29,479 nt of DNA from a virus (IMGVR_UViG_3300032257_000571:1-29479); one strand, 5' to 3'; shown: positions 8,517-17,638, numbered from the stretch's first letter. Numbers and translations are program-made. Notes: generated from the sequence alone by a model not told the origin.

Positions 8517-8529
8517 GGCTGCCGCATGA
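7339..8529 (+). CDS. Overlapping +1-frame ORF, putative beta subunit of the C5-MTase (WPTP repeats + motif IX); true start uncertain
   Basis: Open for 396 codons; RRTLNPLFVEALMGWPTGW at 8368-8424 resembles motif IX; stop overlaps the ATG of the next gene (ATGA 8526-8529). Confidence 0.7.
   Translation: MTWLYFPPGALPELKTHAYSASLYVPELAASTLGSPSPSPDIELWAMSNGKPSPQPLSWRGWKTRPWIARLSGTMLPASTAAHGAARWTSSLRDIRASRSLWQANASGRRIRATSGRMSPASSASASHPSSSSRMSPIISASASPKSPTDWSAWATSLRQASLQRRKSVRRTNASGSSSLPSAKAANWPTPRACSGTRSSGGNRTEMLRLWPTPRASANENRQTKPTPSQEAGKHGMNLATSAAMWPTPQTDSFRSRGGDRKHEKGLDGMARDWPTPMANDGCKPSAGNRKTADLTHASRMWMTPTARDHKDGATTLVNTPVNGLLGRQVLATPMAGSDTSEQRRTLNPLFVEALMGWPTGWIGFASAATAWSPWLRRMRFELSQLNCWPMDEAAA
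7900..8340 (+). repeat. Six degenerate repeats with TGGCCGACGCCG-like cores (WPTP in the +1 frame)
   Basis: Cores at 7900, 7969, 8074, 8158, 8242, 8329; spacings 69/105/84/84/87 nt. Confidence 0.8.
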
Positions 8530-8846
8530 AGCAGTCGCGCCTCATGTCGCTGGTGGAGTCCATCGCCAACGTGATCGTCGGCTACGGCTTCGCGGTCGTG
8601 ACGCAGATCCTGATCTTTCCGATCTTCGGGCTGCACACGACACTGGCGCAGAACCTGAAGATGGGGCTGGTTTTCACGGTGGTAAGCATAGCGCGGTCCT
8701 ATGTGCTGCGGCGGCTATTCGAGGCAATCCGGGTCAAAACGACGAAGCCGCCGCCCATGAGGAGCGGCGGCTCTGGTCGGCGGCGGCTTCCCTACCGCCG
8801 GGATTTCAGCGGCGCAGCAGGGCGGGATCAGTCTTCAATCCGATAG
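8526..8846 (+). CDS. Small two-TM phage membrane protein (DUF7220-like)
   Basis: MKQSRLMSLVESIANVIVGYG...SIARSYVLRRLFE; two hydrophobic helices; the last ~35 aa look like unconserved extension. Confidence 0.75.
   Translation: MKQSRLMSLVESIANVIVGYGFAVVTQILIFPIFGLHTTLAQNLKMGLVFTVVSIARSYVLRRLFEAIRVKTTKPPPMRSGGSGRRRLPYRRDFSGAAGRDQSSIR
8746..8772. terminator. GC-rich hairpin near converging gene ends
   Basis: AGCCGCCGC-9 nt-GCGGCGGCT; followed by TCGTCGTTTT on the minus strand, downstream of the DUF3489 gene. Confidence 0.45.
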
Positions 8847-9343
8847 ACGCGTCCACGTTCCTCTGTCTTTTCTGAGGTGACCTCAAGCCCGAGCTTCTTC
8901 TTCAGCGCGCCGGACATGGCACCACGAATCGTATGTGACTGCCATCCGGTTGCAACCACGATTTCCTCGATGGTCGCGCCGCCCTTAGCGCGGAGCATCT
9001 CGATCAGCCTTGCCTGTTTGGTCCCATTTCGACTCTGGACGGGTTCGCTTGCGCTATTGGTGCGGGCATTGTCGTTGGGTTCGTCGGTGATCCCAAGGGC
9101 GCTGTAAGCCAGCGGCGTGGAACGCAGGGTCATCGGCCCGCGCTTTTCGTCGTGCCGCCAGACGGTGTTCAGGTCCGTGGCTGCGATCTCCTCGATGAGC
9201 CCCTTCTTCAGGAGGCTCTTGCAGACATTACCAACAGCGCCGCCCTTGAGGCTGGCGGTGACGGGAAACACTGCCCCGTCTTCCCGCGCGCAGGCGGCGG
9301 ACAGGATGATGGCTTGTGGGTCAGATAGCTGGATCTGTGTCAT
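8828..9343 (-). CDS. DUF3489 domain (winged-helix-like) protein
   Basis: TKQARLIEMLRAKGGATIEEIVVATGWQSHTIRGAMSGALKKKLGL; ATG 9343 with GGAG SD. Confidence 0.85.
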   Translation of the reverse strand: MTQIQLSDPQAIILSAACAREDGAVFPVTASLKGGAVGNVCKSLLKKGLIEEIAATDLNTVWRHDEKRGPMTLRSTPLAYSALGITDEPNDNARTNSASEPVQSRNGTKQARLIEMLRAKGGATIEEIVVATGWQSHTIRGAMSGALKKKLGLEVTSEKTEERGRVYRIED

Positions 9344-9434
9344 TGGTTGTCTCCGGTCATCGGGGGCGCGGAATGCGACCCTTCTATTGGGACGAGCCCC
9401 GCGCATACGGGGCCGGTCTGCGCGGCTGCACGGT

Positions 9435-9653
9435 TCAGATCAGGTCGAGGTCTTTCAGACAGGTTGCAGCATCGATCAGCTGATTGGTCGGAATCTCGAT
9501 GGTGATCGTCATGCTGTCGGCGTAGGCCCGGACATAAACGCCGCCGTCGTCCATCAGGGCGCTTTCGATTTCGTCGAGGACCGTGGTGATGCGGCTTGGG
9601 TCGAAATGATCGGGCAGCTTGCGGATGGCAATCCGGATGGTGCTGGTTTCCAT
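9435..9653 (-). CDS. Phage hypothetical protein (72 aa)
   Basis: ATG with GGAG SD, 5 nt after the upstream gene; globular composition. Confidence 0.7.
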   Translation of the reverse strand: METSTIRIAIRKLPDHFDPSRITTVLDEIESALMDDGGVYVRAYADSMTITIEIPTNQLIDAATCLKDLDLI

Positions 9654-9658
9654 GGTGC

Positions 9659-9928
9659 TTACTCCGCGTGCTCGCCTTCGCTGAAGGCGCTATCGGTGAT
9701 GCGCTTCAGGAGGCTTGCGTAGTGCTCAAGGGTGCCGACATGGCCCCAGTTCACCTCGTCGGGTTGGGTGTCGAAGTGGTCGTCGCTGAGGCTTGCCAAG
9801 CGAGCGAGCATCTCGTCGATCTCGGCTTTCTTGCCGATGAATGCGTTGAGCGCTGCTTCCTTGTTCCGCGCGGCCTTCTCGGCGCGCAGTTGGTGGCGGG
9901 GCGTTGTCTGCGGGTTCAGGCGGGTCAT
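9659..9928 (-). CDS. Phage hypothetical protein (89 aa)
   Basis: ALNAFIGKKAEIDEMLARL...DDHF...VNWGHVGTL, a type seen in pre-terminase cassettes; GGAG SD. Confidence 0.75.
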   Translation of the reverse strand: MTRLNPQTTPRHQLRAEKAARNKEAALNAFIGKKAEIDEMLARLASLSDDHFDTQPDEVNWGHVGTLEHYASLLKRITDSAFSEGEHAE

Positions 9929-10039
9929 CGTGGCGGCTCCGTGGTGAGTTGCATCGTTTTCGTAGGATCACGTTCGCTCTGGTGCGGAGGCTTATCAACT
10001 ACATAAGCACATGATTTTGAATGATAATCGGAGCGCGCA

Positions 10040-10600
10040 ATGGAGGGGCTGAGCGAGCGCCAGTATGCCGCCCGCGTCGGCCTTTCACGGGGTGCAATCC
10101 AGAAGGCCAAGGCGACGGGGCGGCTGGTTCTGCATGGCGATGGCAGCATTGACGCGGTGGCCAGCGATGCCTTGCGCGCCGAGGCGACCGATCCGTCGAA
10201 GACCCGAAAAGCGCCGCAGCCAAAACTCAAACCTGTCCCGGAGGCGGCAGTGTCCGCAGTTGGCGAAACGCTCCGTGAACAGGGATTAGCGGCGCCACAA
10301 ATCGGCAGCGGCACCACGTTCCTGCAGGCCAAGACGGCGAACGAAGTGCTGAAGGCGCAGGAACGCCGCCTCCGGCTGCAAAAGCTGAAGGGCGAGCTGA
10401 TCGACCGGGCGCGCGCGCTTTCGCTGGTTTTCCGGCTGGCGCGGCAAGAGCGCGACGTCTGGGTCAATTGGCCCGCCCGAGCCGCTGCGTTAATGGCGGC
10501 CGATCTTGGGGTGGAAACCGCCGCCATGCAGAAAGTTCTGGAGAAACATGTCCGTGCCCAGCTCGACGAGCTTGCCGAGGTCAAACCCGATCTCCGGTGA
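10040..10600 (+). CDS. terS: Terminase small subunit (Nu1-like)
   Basis: N-terminal wHTH (LSERQYAARVGLSRGAIQKA), coiled coil ending KLKGELID; directly before terL. Confidence 0.8.
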   Translation: MEGLSERQYAARVGLSRGAIQKAKATGRLVLHGDGSIDAVASDALRAEATDPSKTRKAPQPKLKPVPEAAVSAVGETLREQGLAAPQIGSGTTFLQAKTANEVLKAQERRLRLQKLKGELIDRARALSLVFRLARQERDVWVNWPARAAALMAADLGVETAAMQKVLEKHVRAQLDELAEVKPDLR

Positions 10601-12542
10601 TGAAGCCCTCGAGTTCGACGGAGCGGCAGAGATCCTGCGCGCCTGGGATGCTGGCCTCACTCCGGATGCGGACCTGACCGTATCTGAATGGGCGGATCGA
10701 CACCGGATGCTTTCCGGCCGCGCCTCGGCTGAGCCGGGTCGGTATCGCACCGCCCGCACGCCCTACATGGGCGAAATCATGGATCGGCTCTCGCCCGGAG
10801 ATCCGACTCAGCGGATCGTCTTCATGAAGGCCGCACAAGTCGGCGCGACTGAGGCCGGGAATAACTGGATCGGCTTTGCGATCCACCAGGCGCCGGGCCC
10901 AATGCTGGCCGTGCAGCCGACGGTGGAACTGGCGAAAAGGAACTCGCGCCAGCGGATCGATCCGCTGATCGACGAGAGCCCGGAACTGCGAGAACGGGTC
11001 AAACCGGCGCGCTCCCGCGACGCCGGGAACACCATGCTGTCAAAGGAATTCGCGGGCGGCATCCTGATCATGACGGGCGCGAACTCGGCGGTAGGCCTGC
11101 GGTCCACCCCGGCGCGCTACATCTTCCTCGATGAGGTCGACGCCTATCCGGCCTCCGCTGACGATGAAGGCGATCCGGTCACTTTGGCGGAAGCGCGCTC
11201 GCTGACCTTCGCCCATCGGCGCAAGGTGTTTCTGGTCTCGACACCCACGATCCGGGGGCTGAGCCGGATCGAGCGAGAGTTCGAGGCGAGCGACCAGCGG
11301 CGGTTTTTCGTGCCGTGTCCGCATTGCGGCGCGATGCAGTGGCTGAAGTTCGAGCGGCTGCGTTGGCAGAAGGGCCGTCCGGAGACGGCCGAATATCATT
11401 GCGAGGGCTGCGAACAGCCCATCGCCGAGCATAACAAGACGGCCATGCTGGAAGCTGGTGAATGGCGCGCGACGGCCGTGGCCGCCGACCCTAATACCGT
11501 CGGCTATCACCTCTCTGCGCTCTATTCGCCGATCGGCTGGCTCAGCTGGGAGCGGATCGTACGGGCATGGGACGCGGCGCAAGGATCGGATGAGGCGATC
11601 AAGGCCTTCCGCAATACGATCCTTGGCGAGACATGGGTCGAAACCGGCGAGGCGCCGGACTGGCAGCGCTTGTCGGACCAGCGCGAGACCTGGGACGGAG
11701 GCACTGTTCCTGAGCGGGGCTTGTTCCTGACCGCCGGGGCGGACGTTCAAAAGGATCGCATCGAGGTCGATGTCTGGGCCTGGGGCCGCGGGCTGGAGAG
11801 CTGGCTGGTCGATCACCTGGTCATTGAGGGCGGGCCCGGCGACCCGGCGTGCTGGCAGCAGCTGACCAATTTGCTTGGTCAGACCTGGGAGCATGCCTCC
11901 AGTCAGCCGATGACTTTGGCACGGCTGGCGATCGATACCGGCTACGAGACAAGTGCTGTTTATGCCTGGTCGCGACAGGTCGGCTTCGCGCAGGTGGCCC
12001 CGGTCAAAGGCGTCGAGGGCTTCAACCGCTCGAGCCCGGTCACCGGCCCGACGTATGTGGACGCGACCATCGCAGGCAAAAGGCTGCGGCGCGGGGCGCG
12101 GCTTTGGACGGTCGCCACCTCGACCTTCAAGACCGAGACCTATCGCTATTTGCGGCAGGACCGCCCGACGCGGGAGGAAATCGAGGCTGGGCATCTTTGC
12201 CCGCCCGGAACCATCCATCTGCCAAACTGGGCGGACGGCGAGTGGTTGAAGCAATTCACGGCCGAACAACTGATCACGGTGCGCACCAAACGCGGCTTTG
12301 CCCGGCTCGAATGGCAGAAGCTGCGCGAACGCAATGAAGCTCTGGATTGTCGCGTCTATGCCCGGGCAGCCGCTTGGATATTGGGCGCTGACCGTTGGTC
12401 CGATGCGCGGTGGACTGATCTGGAAGCACAGGTCGGGATCACGGCGGAGGACATGGCTGAGGACGGGGCGGGAAACACCACGCCCGCTTCTCGGCGTGCG
12501 GGACTACAGCGGCGCACCGTGCGCTCAAGTTACATGAGGTGA
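10548..12542 (+). CDS. terL: Terminase large subunit (lambda gpA family)
   Basis: Walker A MKAAQVGATE, Walker B IFLDEVD, STPT, CPHC..CEGC, GADVQ, NEALDC; ATG 10548 with GGAG SD. Confidence 0.95.
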   Translation: MSVPSSTSLPRSNPISGDEALEFDGAAEILRAWDAGLTPDADLTVSEWADRHRMLSGRASAEPGRYRTARTPYMGEIMDRLSPGDPTQRIVFMKAAQVGATEAGNNWIGFAIHQAPGPMLAVQPTVELAKRNSRQRIDPLIDESPELRERVKPARSRDAGNTMLSKEFAGGILIMTGANSAVGLRSTPARYIFLDEVDAYPASADDEGDPVTLAEARSLTFAHRRKVFLVSTPTIRGLSRIEREFEASDQRRFFVPCPHCGAMQWLKFERLRWQKGRPETAEYHCEGCEQPIAEHNKTAMLEAGEWRATAVAADPNTVGYHLSALYSPIGWLSWERIVRAWDAAQGSDEAIKAFRNTILGETWVETGEAPDWQRLSDQRETWDGGTVPERGLFLTAGADVQKDRIEVDVWAWGRGLESWLVDHLVIEGGPGDPACWQQLTNLLGQTWEHASSQPMTLARLAIDTGYETSAVYAWSRQVGFAQVAPVKGVEGFNRSSPVTGPTYVDATIAGKRLRRGARLWTVATSTFKTETYRYLRQDRPTREEIEAGHLCPPGTIHLPNWADGEWLKQFTAEQLITVRTKRGFARLEWQKLRERNEALDCRVYARAAAWILGADRWSDARWTDLEAQVGITAEDMAEDGAGNTTPASRRAGLQRRTVRSSYMR

Positions 12543-12546
12543 GTTG

Positions 12547-12762
12547 ATGTCTACGATTGCCGAGCTCAGTGCCCGCCGCGAGACCCTGGCTGTTCAGCGT
12601 TCGTCTGGCGTGGCGCGCGTCAGTTATGACGGAAAGACGGTGGACTATCGCAGTGTCGCGGAAATCGACCGGGCCATCGAGGCGCTCGACCGCGAGATCG
12701 CAGCTGCTGAAGGACGGCGGATCGTTCGGCAGGTGCGTGTCACGACGACGAAGGGTCTTTGA
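12547..12762 (+). CDS. gpW-like head-tail joining protein
   Basis: GVARVSYDGKTVDYRS; lies between terL and portal. Confidence 0.85.
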   Translation: MSTIAELSARRETLAVQRSSGVARVSYDGKTVDYRSVAEIDRAIEALDREIAAAEGRRIVRQVRVTTTKGL

Positions 12763-12765
12763 TCC

Positions 12766-14289
12766 ATGGGCCTGTTCGATCGCTTTCGCCGTCCAACATT
12801 GGGCGGCCCTACAGCCGTGCGCGCCCGTCTTGAGGGGGCAATGTCCAAGCGCCGGTTGCGGGGCTGGAACCCGCCCCTGGAAAACATCAATTCGCTGGTC
12901 GCCTCGGGCGGCCCCCGCCTGCTGGCGCGGTCGCGCGAGTTAGTCGTCACCAACGGCTATGCCGCCAATGCCTGCGAGGCATTTGCGTCGAACATTATCG
13001 GCGATGGGATCAAGCCGTCGTCGCTGATCGCGGATGCGGCGTTGCGTGACAGCGTTCAGCAGCTGTGGCTCGCATGGACCGACGAGGCTGACGCGGACGG
13101 TCTGACGGACTTCTACGGCCTGCAGGCCATGGTGGCGCGGGAAATGTTCGTGGCAGGCGAATGCTTCGTGCGTATGCGGCCACGGCGGACCGAGGATGGT
13201 CTGCTGGTGCCGATGCAACTGCAGCTCCTGCAGTCAGAAATGCTGCCCTTCGAGAAGACCGAAACTGCGGCAAACGGCAATCGCATCCGCTGCGGGATTG
13301 AATTTGACGGCATCGGACGGCGCGTGGCCTATCACTTCCGCCGTCGCCATCCCGGCGACAGCACCGATCAGGGAGCGGTGATCCCGGAGACGGTGCGCGT
13401 GCCCGCTGAGGATGTGCTGCACATCTACCGCCCAATTGACGCAGGCCAGATACGGGGCTTGCCTCATGTGGCTCCGGCCATGGTGCGGCTGTTTCTGCTG
13501 GACCAGTACGACGACGCCGAGCTCGACCGGAAGAAGACCGCGGCGATGTTCGCGGGGTTCATCACCAAGACCGCGCCGGAAGACCCGATGATGGGCGAAG
13601 CGGAGGCAGATCTGGACGGGGTGGCCATCGCCAGCCTCGAGCCGGGCACGATGCAGGTGCTGCTGCCGGGCGAGGATGTGAAGTTCTCGAGCCCCGCCGA
13701 CGTTGGCGGCGGCTATGAGGCGTTTCAATATCGGACGCTCTTGTCGGTATCAGCCTCACTGGGGCTGCCGTACCACCTCGTCACTGGGGATGTGCGGCAG
13801 GCGAACTATTCGAGCCTGCGGGCAGAGCTAGTCGAGTTCCGCCGCCGCATTGGCCAGCTGCAACACGGGGTGATCGCACACCAGTTGTGTCGGCCGATCT
13901 GGCGGCGCTGGCTTGAGACGGCCGTGTTGTCGGGGGCGCTGGATATCGGCAATCCCGCTGTCGCGCGGCCGGTGCAATGGATCCCGCCACGCTGGGATTG
14001 GGTCGACCCGCTGAAGGACATCCAGGCGCAAGTGCTGGCGATGGAAGCGGGCATCACCTCGCGACGCAAGGTGGTCGAGGCCACCGGCTATGACGTCGAA
14101 GAAGTCGACCGAGAGAATGCAGCGGATGCCAAACGCGTTGCCGATCTGGGGCTGAGCTACCGTGCGAGCCCCGGCGAGAGTCAGGGCGCGCGAGCGACGC
14201 CCGCTGCGCGGCCTGATCCAGGCGAGGGAAAAGGCGAAGACACAGGCGACGGATCCGCCTCCACCGATCCCGCCACCGAACAGGAGTGA
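12766..14289 (+). CDS. Portal protein, lambda family
   Basis: RSRELVVTNGYA, GQIRGLP, ANYSSLR, WVDPLKD. Confidence 0.95.
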   Translation: MGLFDRFRRPTLGGPTAVRARLEGAMSKRRLRGWNPPLENINSLVASGGPRLLARSRELVVTNGYAANACEAFASNIIGDGIKPSSLIADAALRDSVQQLWLAWTDEADADGLTDFYGLQAMVAREMFVAGECFVRMRPRRTEDGLLVPMQLQLLQSEMLPFEKTETAANGNRIRCGIEFDGIGRRVAYHFRRRHPGDSTDQGAVIPETVRVPAEDVLHIYRPIDAGQIRGLPHVAPAMVRLFLLDQYDDAELDRKKTAAMFAGFITKTAPEDPMMGEAEADLDGVAIASLEPGTMQVLLPGEDVKFSSPADVGGGYEAFQYRTLLSVSASLGLPYHLVTGDVRQANYSSLRAELVEFRRRIGQLQHGVIAHQLCRPIWRRWLETAVLSGALDIGNPAVARPVQWIPPRWDWVDPLKDIQAQVLAMEAGITSRRKVVEATGYDVEEVDRENAADAKRVADLGLSYRASPGESQGARATPAARPDPGEGKGEDTGDGSASTDPATEQE

Positions 14290-14293
14290 CAAT

Positions 14294-15379
14294 ATGACAA
14301 GCTGGTATGCGATCCGCGCCCAGGGAACAGGTGCGGAAGTGGCGATCTATGACGAGATCGGTGCCTATGGGGTCTCGGCGAAGGGGTTCCTTGCCGAACT
14401 CGGTGCACTGCCCGACGGGACGCCGGTCGATTTGCGGCTGAATAGCCCGGGTGGGTCAGTCTTCGATGCGGTGGCGATTTACAATGCGCTGAAGCGGCAC
14501 GCGGGCACAGTCACGGTCTGGATCGACGGTATTGCCGCCTCGGCCGCGTCCTATGTCGCCATGGCGGGTGACGAGATCGTCATGCCGGAAAACGCGTTCC
14601 TGATGATCCACGACCCGTCGGGGTTGGCAATGGGCACGGCGGGCGACATGCGCGCCATGGCCGAGGCGCTGGACAAGATCGCGGGCAGCCTCGTCCGGGG
14701 ATATGCCGCCAAATCCGGCAAGCCCAATGACGAGATCGCAGCGCTGATGGCGGCCGAGACCTGGTTCGATGCGGGTGATGCGGTGGCGGCGGGTTTCGCG
14801 GACCGGCTGGCGGACCCTGTCAGGATGGCCGCGCGGTTCGACATCGACCGGTTCCGCAACGCGCCGCCTGACCTCGTCGAGGCAGTGGAAGCCACCGACC
14901 AGGAGGGTGTTCAGCCCGAGGCGGAGGGCGTTCCGGCCGAAGGCAATCCAGAGACAGGCATCAACACGCACCAAGAGATCGACAGTATCGTGGACGGCGA
15001 TGTCGAACCTGCCGACGGCACTGGAGAGGCGGACAGCGACGAAGCGCCGGAAGGGCATGGTGTCACCGACGACATGCCCAGCCCTTCGGATCCGATCCCG
15101 ATTCCGGGTGTCGCACCGCCCGATCCCGCCGCGATCCGGGCCGAAGCGATTACCCATGCTCGCGTTATCGTCGATCTCTGCCGCCTCGCAGGCCAGCCAC
15201 AGATGGCCGGGCGCTTCCTCGAACAGGACACAAGTCTCGACGACGTCCGCATGGCCCTTCTGGCTTTGAGGTCCGAGGCCGAACCCGAAATCACGGCCCA
15301 TCACGCACAACCGGGCCGCAGCACGACGGCCCGCCCCTGGGGCGAGATCGTCGCCCGTACCTTCAAACTGAAAGGATAA
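14294..15379 (+). CDS. ClpP-like head maturation protease with acidic linker and scaffold-like C-terminus
   Basis: LNSPGGSVFD, GIAASAAS, MIHDP, AETWF; ATG 14294 with AGGAG SD. Confidence 0.92.
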   Translation: MTSWYAIRAQGTGAEVAIYDEIGAYGVSAKGFLAELGALPDGTPVDLRLNSPGGSVFDAVAIYNALKRHAGTVTVWIDGIAASAASYVAMAGDEIVMPENAFLMIHDPSGLAMGTAGDMRAMAEALDKIAGSLVRGYAAKSGKPNDEIAALMAAETWFDAGDAVAAGFADRLADPVRMAARFDIDRFRNAPPDLVEAVEATDQEGVQPEAEGVPAEGNPETGINTHQEIDSIVDGDVEPADGTGEADSDEAPEGHGVTDDMPSPSDPIPIPGVAPPDPAAIRAEAITHARVIVDLCRLAGQPQMAGRFLEQDTSLDDVRMALLALRSEAEPEITAHHAQPGRSTTARPWGEIVARTFKLKG

Positions 15380-15383
15380 CCTC

Positions 15384-15749
15384 ATGACTACGCTCACCGA
15401 GGCCACCCATCCCGGAGGCTTCCTCGTTTGGGAAGCCTTCCGCGATTACACCCGAGAAACCGTCATCGTCGCCAATGGTACGCTCGATCCGGGCACCGTA
15501 CTGGGCAAAATCACCGCGTCTGGCAAATACGCGGCACATGATCCCGCTGCCGTCGACGGTACTGAAACCGCCGTGGCGGTGCTCTGGGGCAAGGCTGACG
15601 CCACAGGCGGCGATGTGTCCGCCGTTGCGCTGGTCCGTGGCCCCGCCATCGTCAATCGCCACGATCTCGTTTTTGTCGGCACCCCCAGCGCGGGCGAGAT
15701 CACGGCTGCCCATACCGCGCTGCTGGCGGTCGGCATCCTCGTCCGCTGA
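15384..15749 (+). CDS. Head decoration protein
   Basis: GTVLGKITASGKY...DGTETAVAVL; lies between protease and capsid. Confidence 0.88.
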   Translation: MTTLTEATHPGGFLVWEAFRDYTRETVIVANGTLDPGTVLGKITASGKYAAHDPAAVDGTETAVAVLWGKADATGGDVSAVALVRGPAIVNRHDLVFVGTPSAGEITAAHTALLAVGILVR

Positions 15750-15774
15750 TCAAACCCTCAAAGGAGGCATTCCC

Positions 15775-16788
15775 ATGACCACCATGGATATCTTCGAAGG
15801 CGATGCCTTCACCATCATCGAACTCACTCGTGCGCTGGAAAACATCCCCTTCAAGCCCGCGATCCTGTCGGGCGCCAGCCTGTTCTCGCCGCGCGGCGTG
15901 CGCTCGCGCACCGTCGTGATCGAGAGCCGGGACGGCACGCTGTCGCTGATCCCGTTCTCCGAACGTGGCTCGGCCGCCGAGCAACAGGTTCCCGAGCGTC
16001 GGGATATGCGCGCCTTTGTCTGCCGCCAGTTCAAGAAACAGGACGTGCTCTGGGCCTCGGAAATTCAGGGGATCCGCGACTTCGGCTCGGAAAGTGCCAC
16101 CCAGCAAGTACAAAGCGAAGTCGCCCGAAAGCTTGGCCGTTTGCGCCAGGATGCGGAGGCGACGTTCGAATATCACCTGCTGAACGGCATTCAGGGGATC
16201 GTGAAAGACCCCAAGGACAGCGCCACGGTGATCAACTACTTCACCGAGTTCGCCATCACGCCCGCCACCGAGATCGACTTTGATCTCGACAATGCGACCC
16301 CGGGCTCCGGCGCGCTGCGCAAACGCTGCCAGGCGCTGATCGAAAGTGTCGAAGACAGCATGGGCGGGCTCGCGGCCGGGGCCGTGCAGGTCCGCGCCGA
16401 ATGCGGCTCGGCCTTCTTCGCCGATCTCATCGCCCACAAGGAGGTGCGCGAGACCTATCTCAACACCGCCGCCGCTGCCGATCTGCGCGGCCGGGTTGCC
16501 GACGAGGTCAGCTTTGGCGGCATCACCTTCCGCCGTTACCGAGGTGGGGCGGGCTTCGGCGTGCCGACCGATAAGGCCTTCTTCTACCCCGAAGGGGTGG
16601 AAGGCCTCTTTGAAATCTACCATGCCCCCGCAGACACCTTCGAGACGGTCAACACCCTCGGCCTGCCGCTCTACGCGCGCACTATCCCCGATCGGGACCG
16701 TGACGAATGGGTGCGTCTGGAAATCGAGAGCAACCCGCTGCCGATCTGCACCCGGCCGCAGGTTCTGCGCTCGGCACGGCGGACGTGA
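15775..16788 (+). CDS. Major capsid protein (lambda gpE family)
   Basis: 337 aa from ATG 15775 with AAGGAGG SD; APADTFETVNTLGLPLY, ESNPLPICTRP. Confidence 0.93.
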   Translation: MTTMDIFEGDAFTIIELTRALENIPFKPAILSGASLFSPRGVRSRTVVIESRDGTLSLIPFSERGSAAEQQVPERRDMRAFVCRQFKKQDVLWASEIQGIRDFGSESATQQVQSEVARKLGRLRQDAEATFEYHLLNGIQGIVKDPKDSATVINYFTEFAITPATEIDFDLDNATPGSGALRKRCQALIESVEDSMGGLAAGAVQVRAECGSAFFADLIAHKEVRETYLNTAAAADLRGRVADEVSFGGITFRRYRGGAGFGVPTDKAFFYPEGVEGLFEIYHAPADTFETVNTLGLPLYARTIPDRDRDEWVRLEIESNPLPICTRPQVLRSARRT

Positions 16789-16792
16789 GGGA

Positions 16793-17638
16793 TCAGAGGG
16801 TAACCTCGTATCGGGCCCGCAATGCCTTGAGATGCCGCGCCAACCATCCTGCTGGCTCGGCATCATCCCAAGCACGCCACAGTTCAGGATAACTCATGGC
16901 CCGAAACCCTGGCATCGATCCCGCCACGCGTTCCGAAAAGGCGTCTATCTCATGTCGGTGGGCCACGAATTCGGGACTGGCATCCGGGTTTGCGGGCTCC
17001 CAATACAGGTAAAGCAGGCTCACAGGCTGATCCCGAAAGGTGCGGGCCAGTCCAAACGAATGCTTGATCAGTTGCGCAGCATCCAGCCAGACGTAGCTGT
17101 CAGGGGCGTCGATCAGGCGGAGCATCTCGCGGAAGTAACCTTGTTCGCGCCGCCAATCGCGGATCTGCTCGACGTAGGCGGGAGAGAACGCCGCACGGTG
17201 CCTTGCGAGATACTCGCTCAGCTTGGACTCGACTCCGACAACACCTTTCGGACCCGACAGAACGACATCGAGGTTGGGGGCGCGGCCGCCACGAAGGCCG
17301 GTCGGGCACTTGCGCTCGAACTGCAGCGCCGTGAAGGGGCCGCAGCTCGGCAGAGCCAGATCGACAATCCGGGTCCGAAACGGTGCAAAACAATTGACCG
17401 CGAGTCCCGAGGATGAATGCGCGGCGCGGAACTTGGTTTGCAGTTCGTTGCCATCCCCGGCCTGCAGGTCAACCTCGAAATCCTCGGTCGCGACAAGCGG
17501 CAGAAGCGTATCGCGAAAATCGGGGGCATAGCCTTTGTCGTCGATCAGGATGTCGGGCCGTTGGCGCGCAAATGCTGTCCTTAGGGCAACAAGCGCCCGC
17601 CTTCGAACTGGACTGTTTGAAGATAAATTCTGTTTCAT
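16793..17638 (-). CDS. PD-(D/E)xK nuclease moron (PGN_0703-like putative restriction endonuclease)
   Basis: HSSSGLAVNCF, QFERK, PNLDVVL...VGVESKLSE, LDAAQLIKH; antisense within the head operon. Confidence 0.75.
   Translation of the reverse strand: MKQNLSSNSPVRRRALVALRTAFARQRPDILIDDKGYAPDFRDTLLPLVATEDFEVDLQAGDGNELQTKFRAAHSSSGLAVNCFAPFRTRIVDLALPSCGPFTALQFERKCPTGLRGGRAPNLDVVLSGPKGVVGVESKLSEYLARHRAAFSPAYVEQIRDWRREQGYFREMLRLIDAPDSYVWLDAAQLIKHSFGLARTFRDQPVSLLYLYWEPANPDASPEFVAHRHEIDAFSERVAGSMPGFRAMSYPELWRAWDDAEPAGWLARHLKALRARYEVTL

Noticed and set aside
14880-15379. Nested in-frame scaffold gene (lambda Nu3-like) in the protease
   Set aside because: Plausible by analogy, but no convincing SD plus internal start was found
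15475-15774. 100-aa N-terminal extension of the capsid protein
   Set aside because: Overlaps the decoration gene; a strong AAGGAGG SD precedes ATG 15775
11040-16875. Antisense ORFs of 316-409 aa over terL, protease and capsid
   Set aside because: Shadow ORFs from codon bias; no recognisable domains
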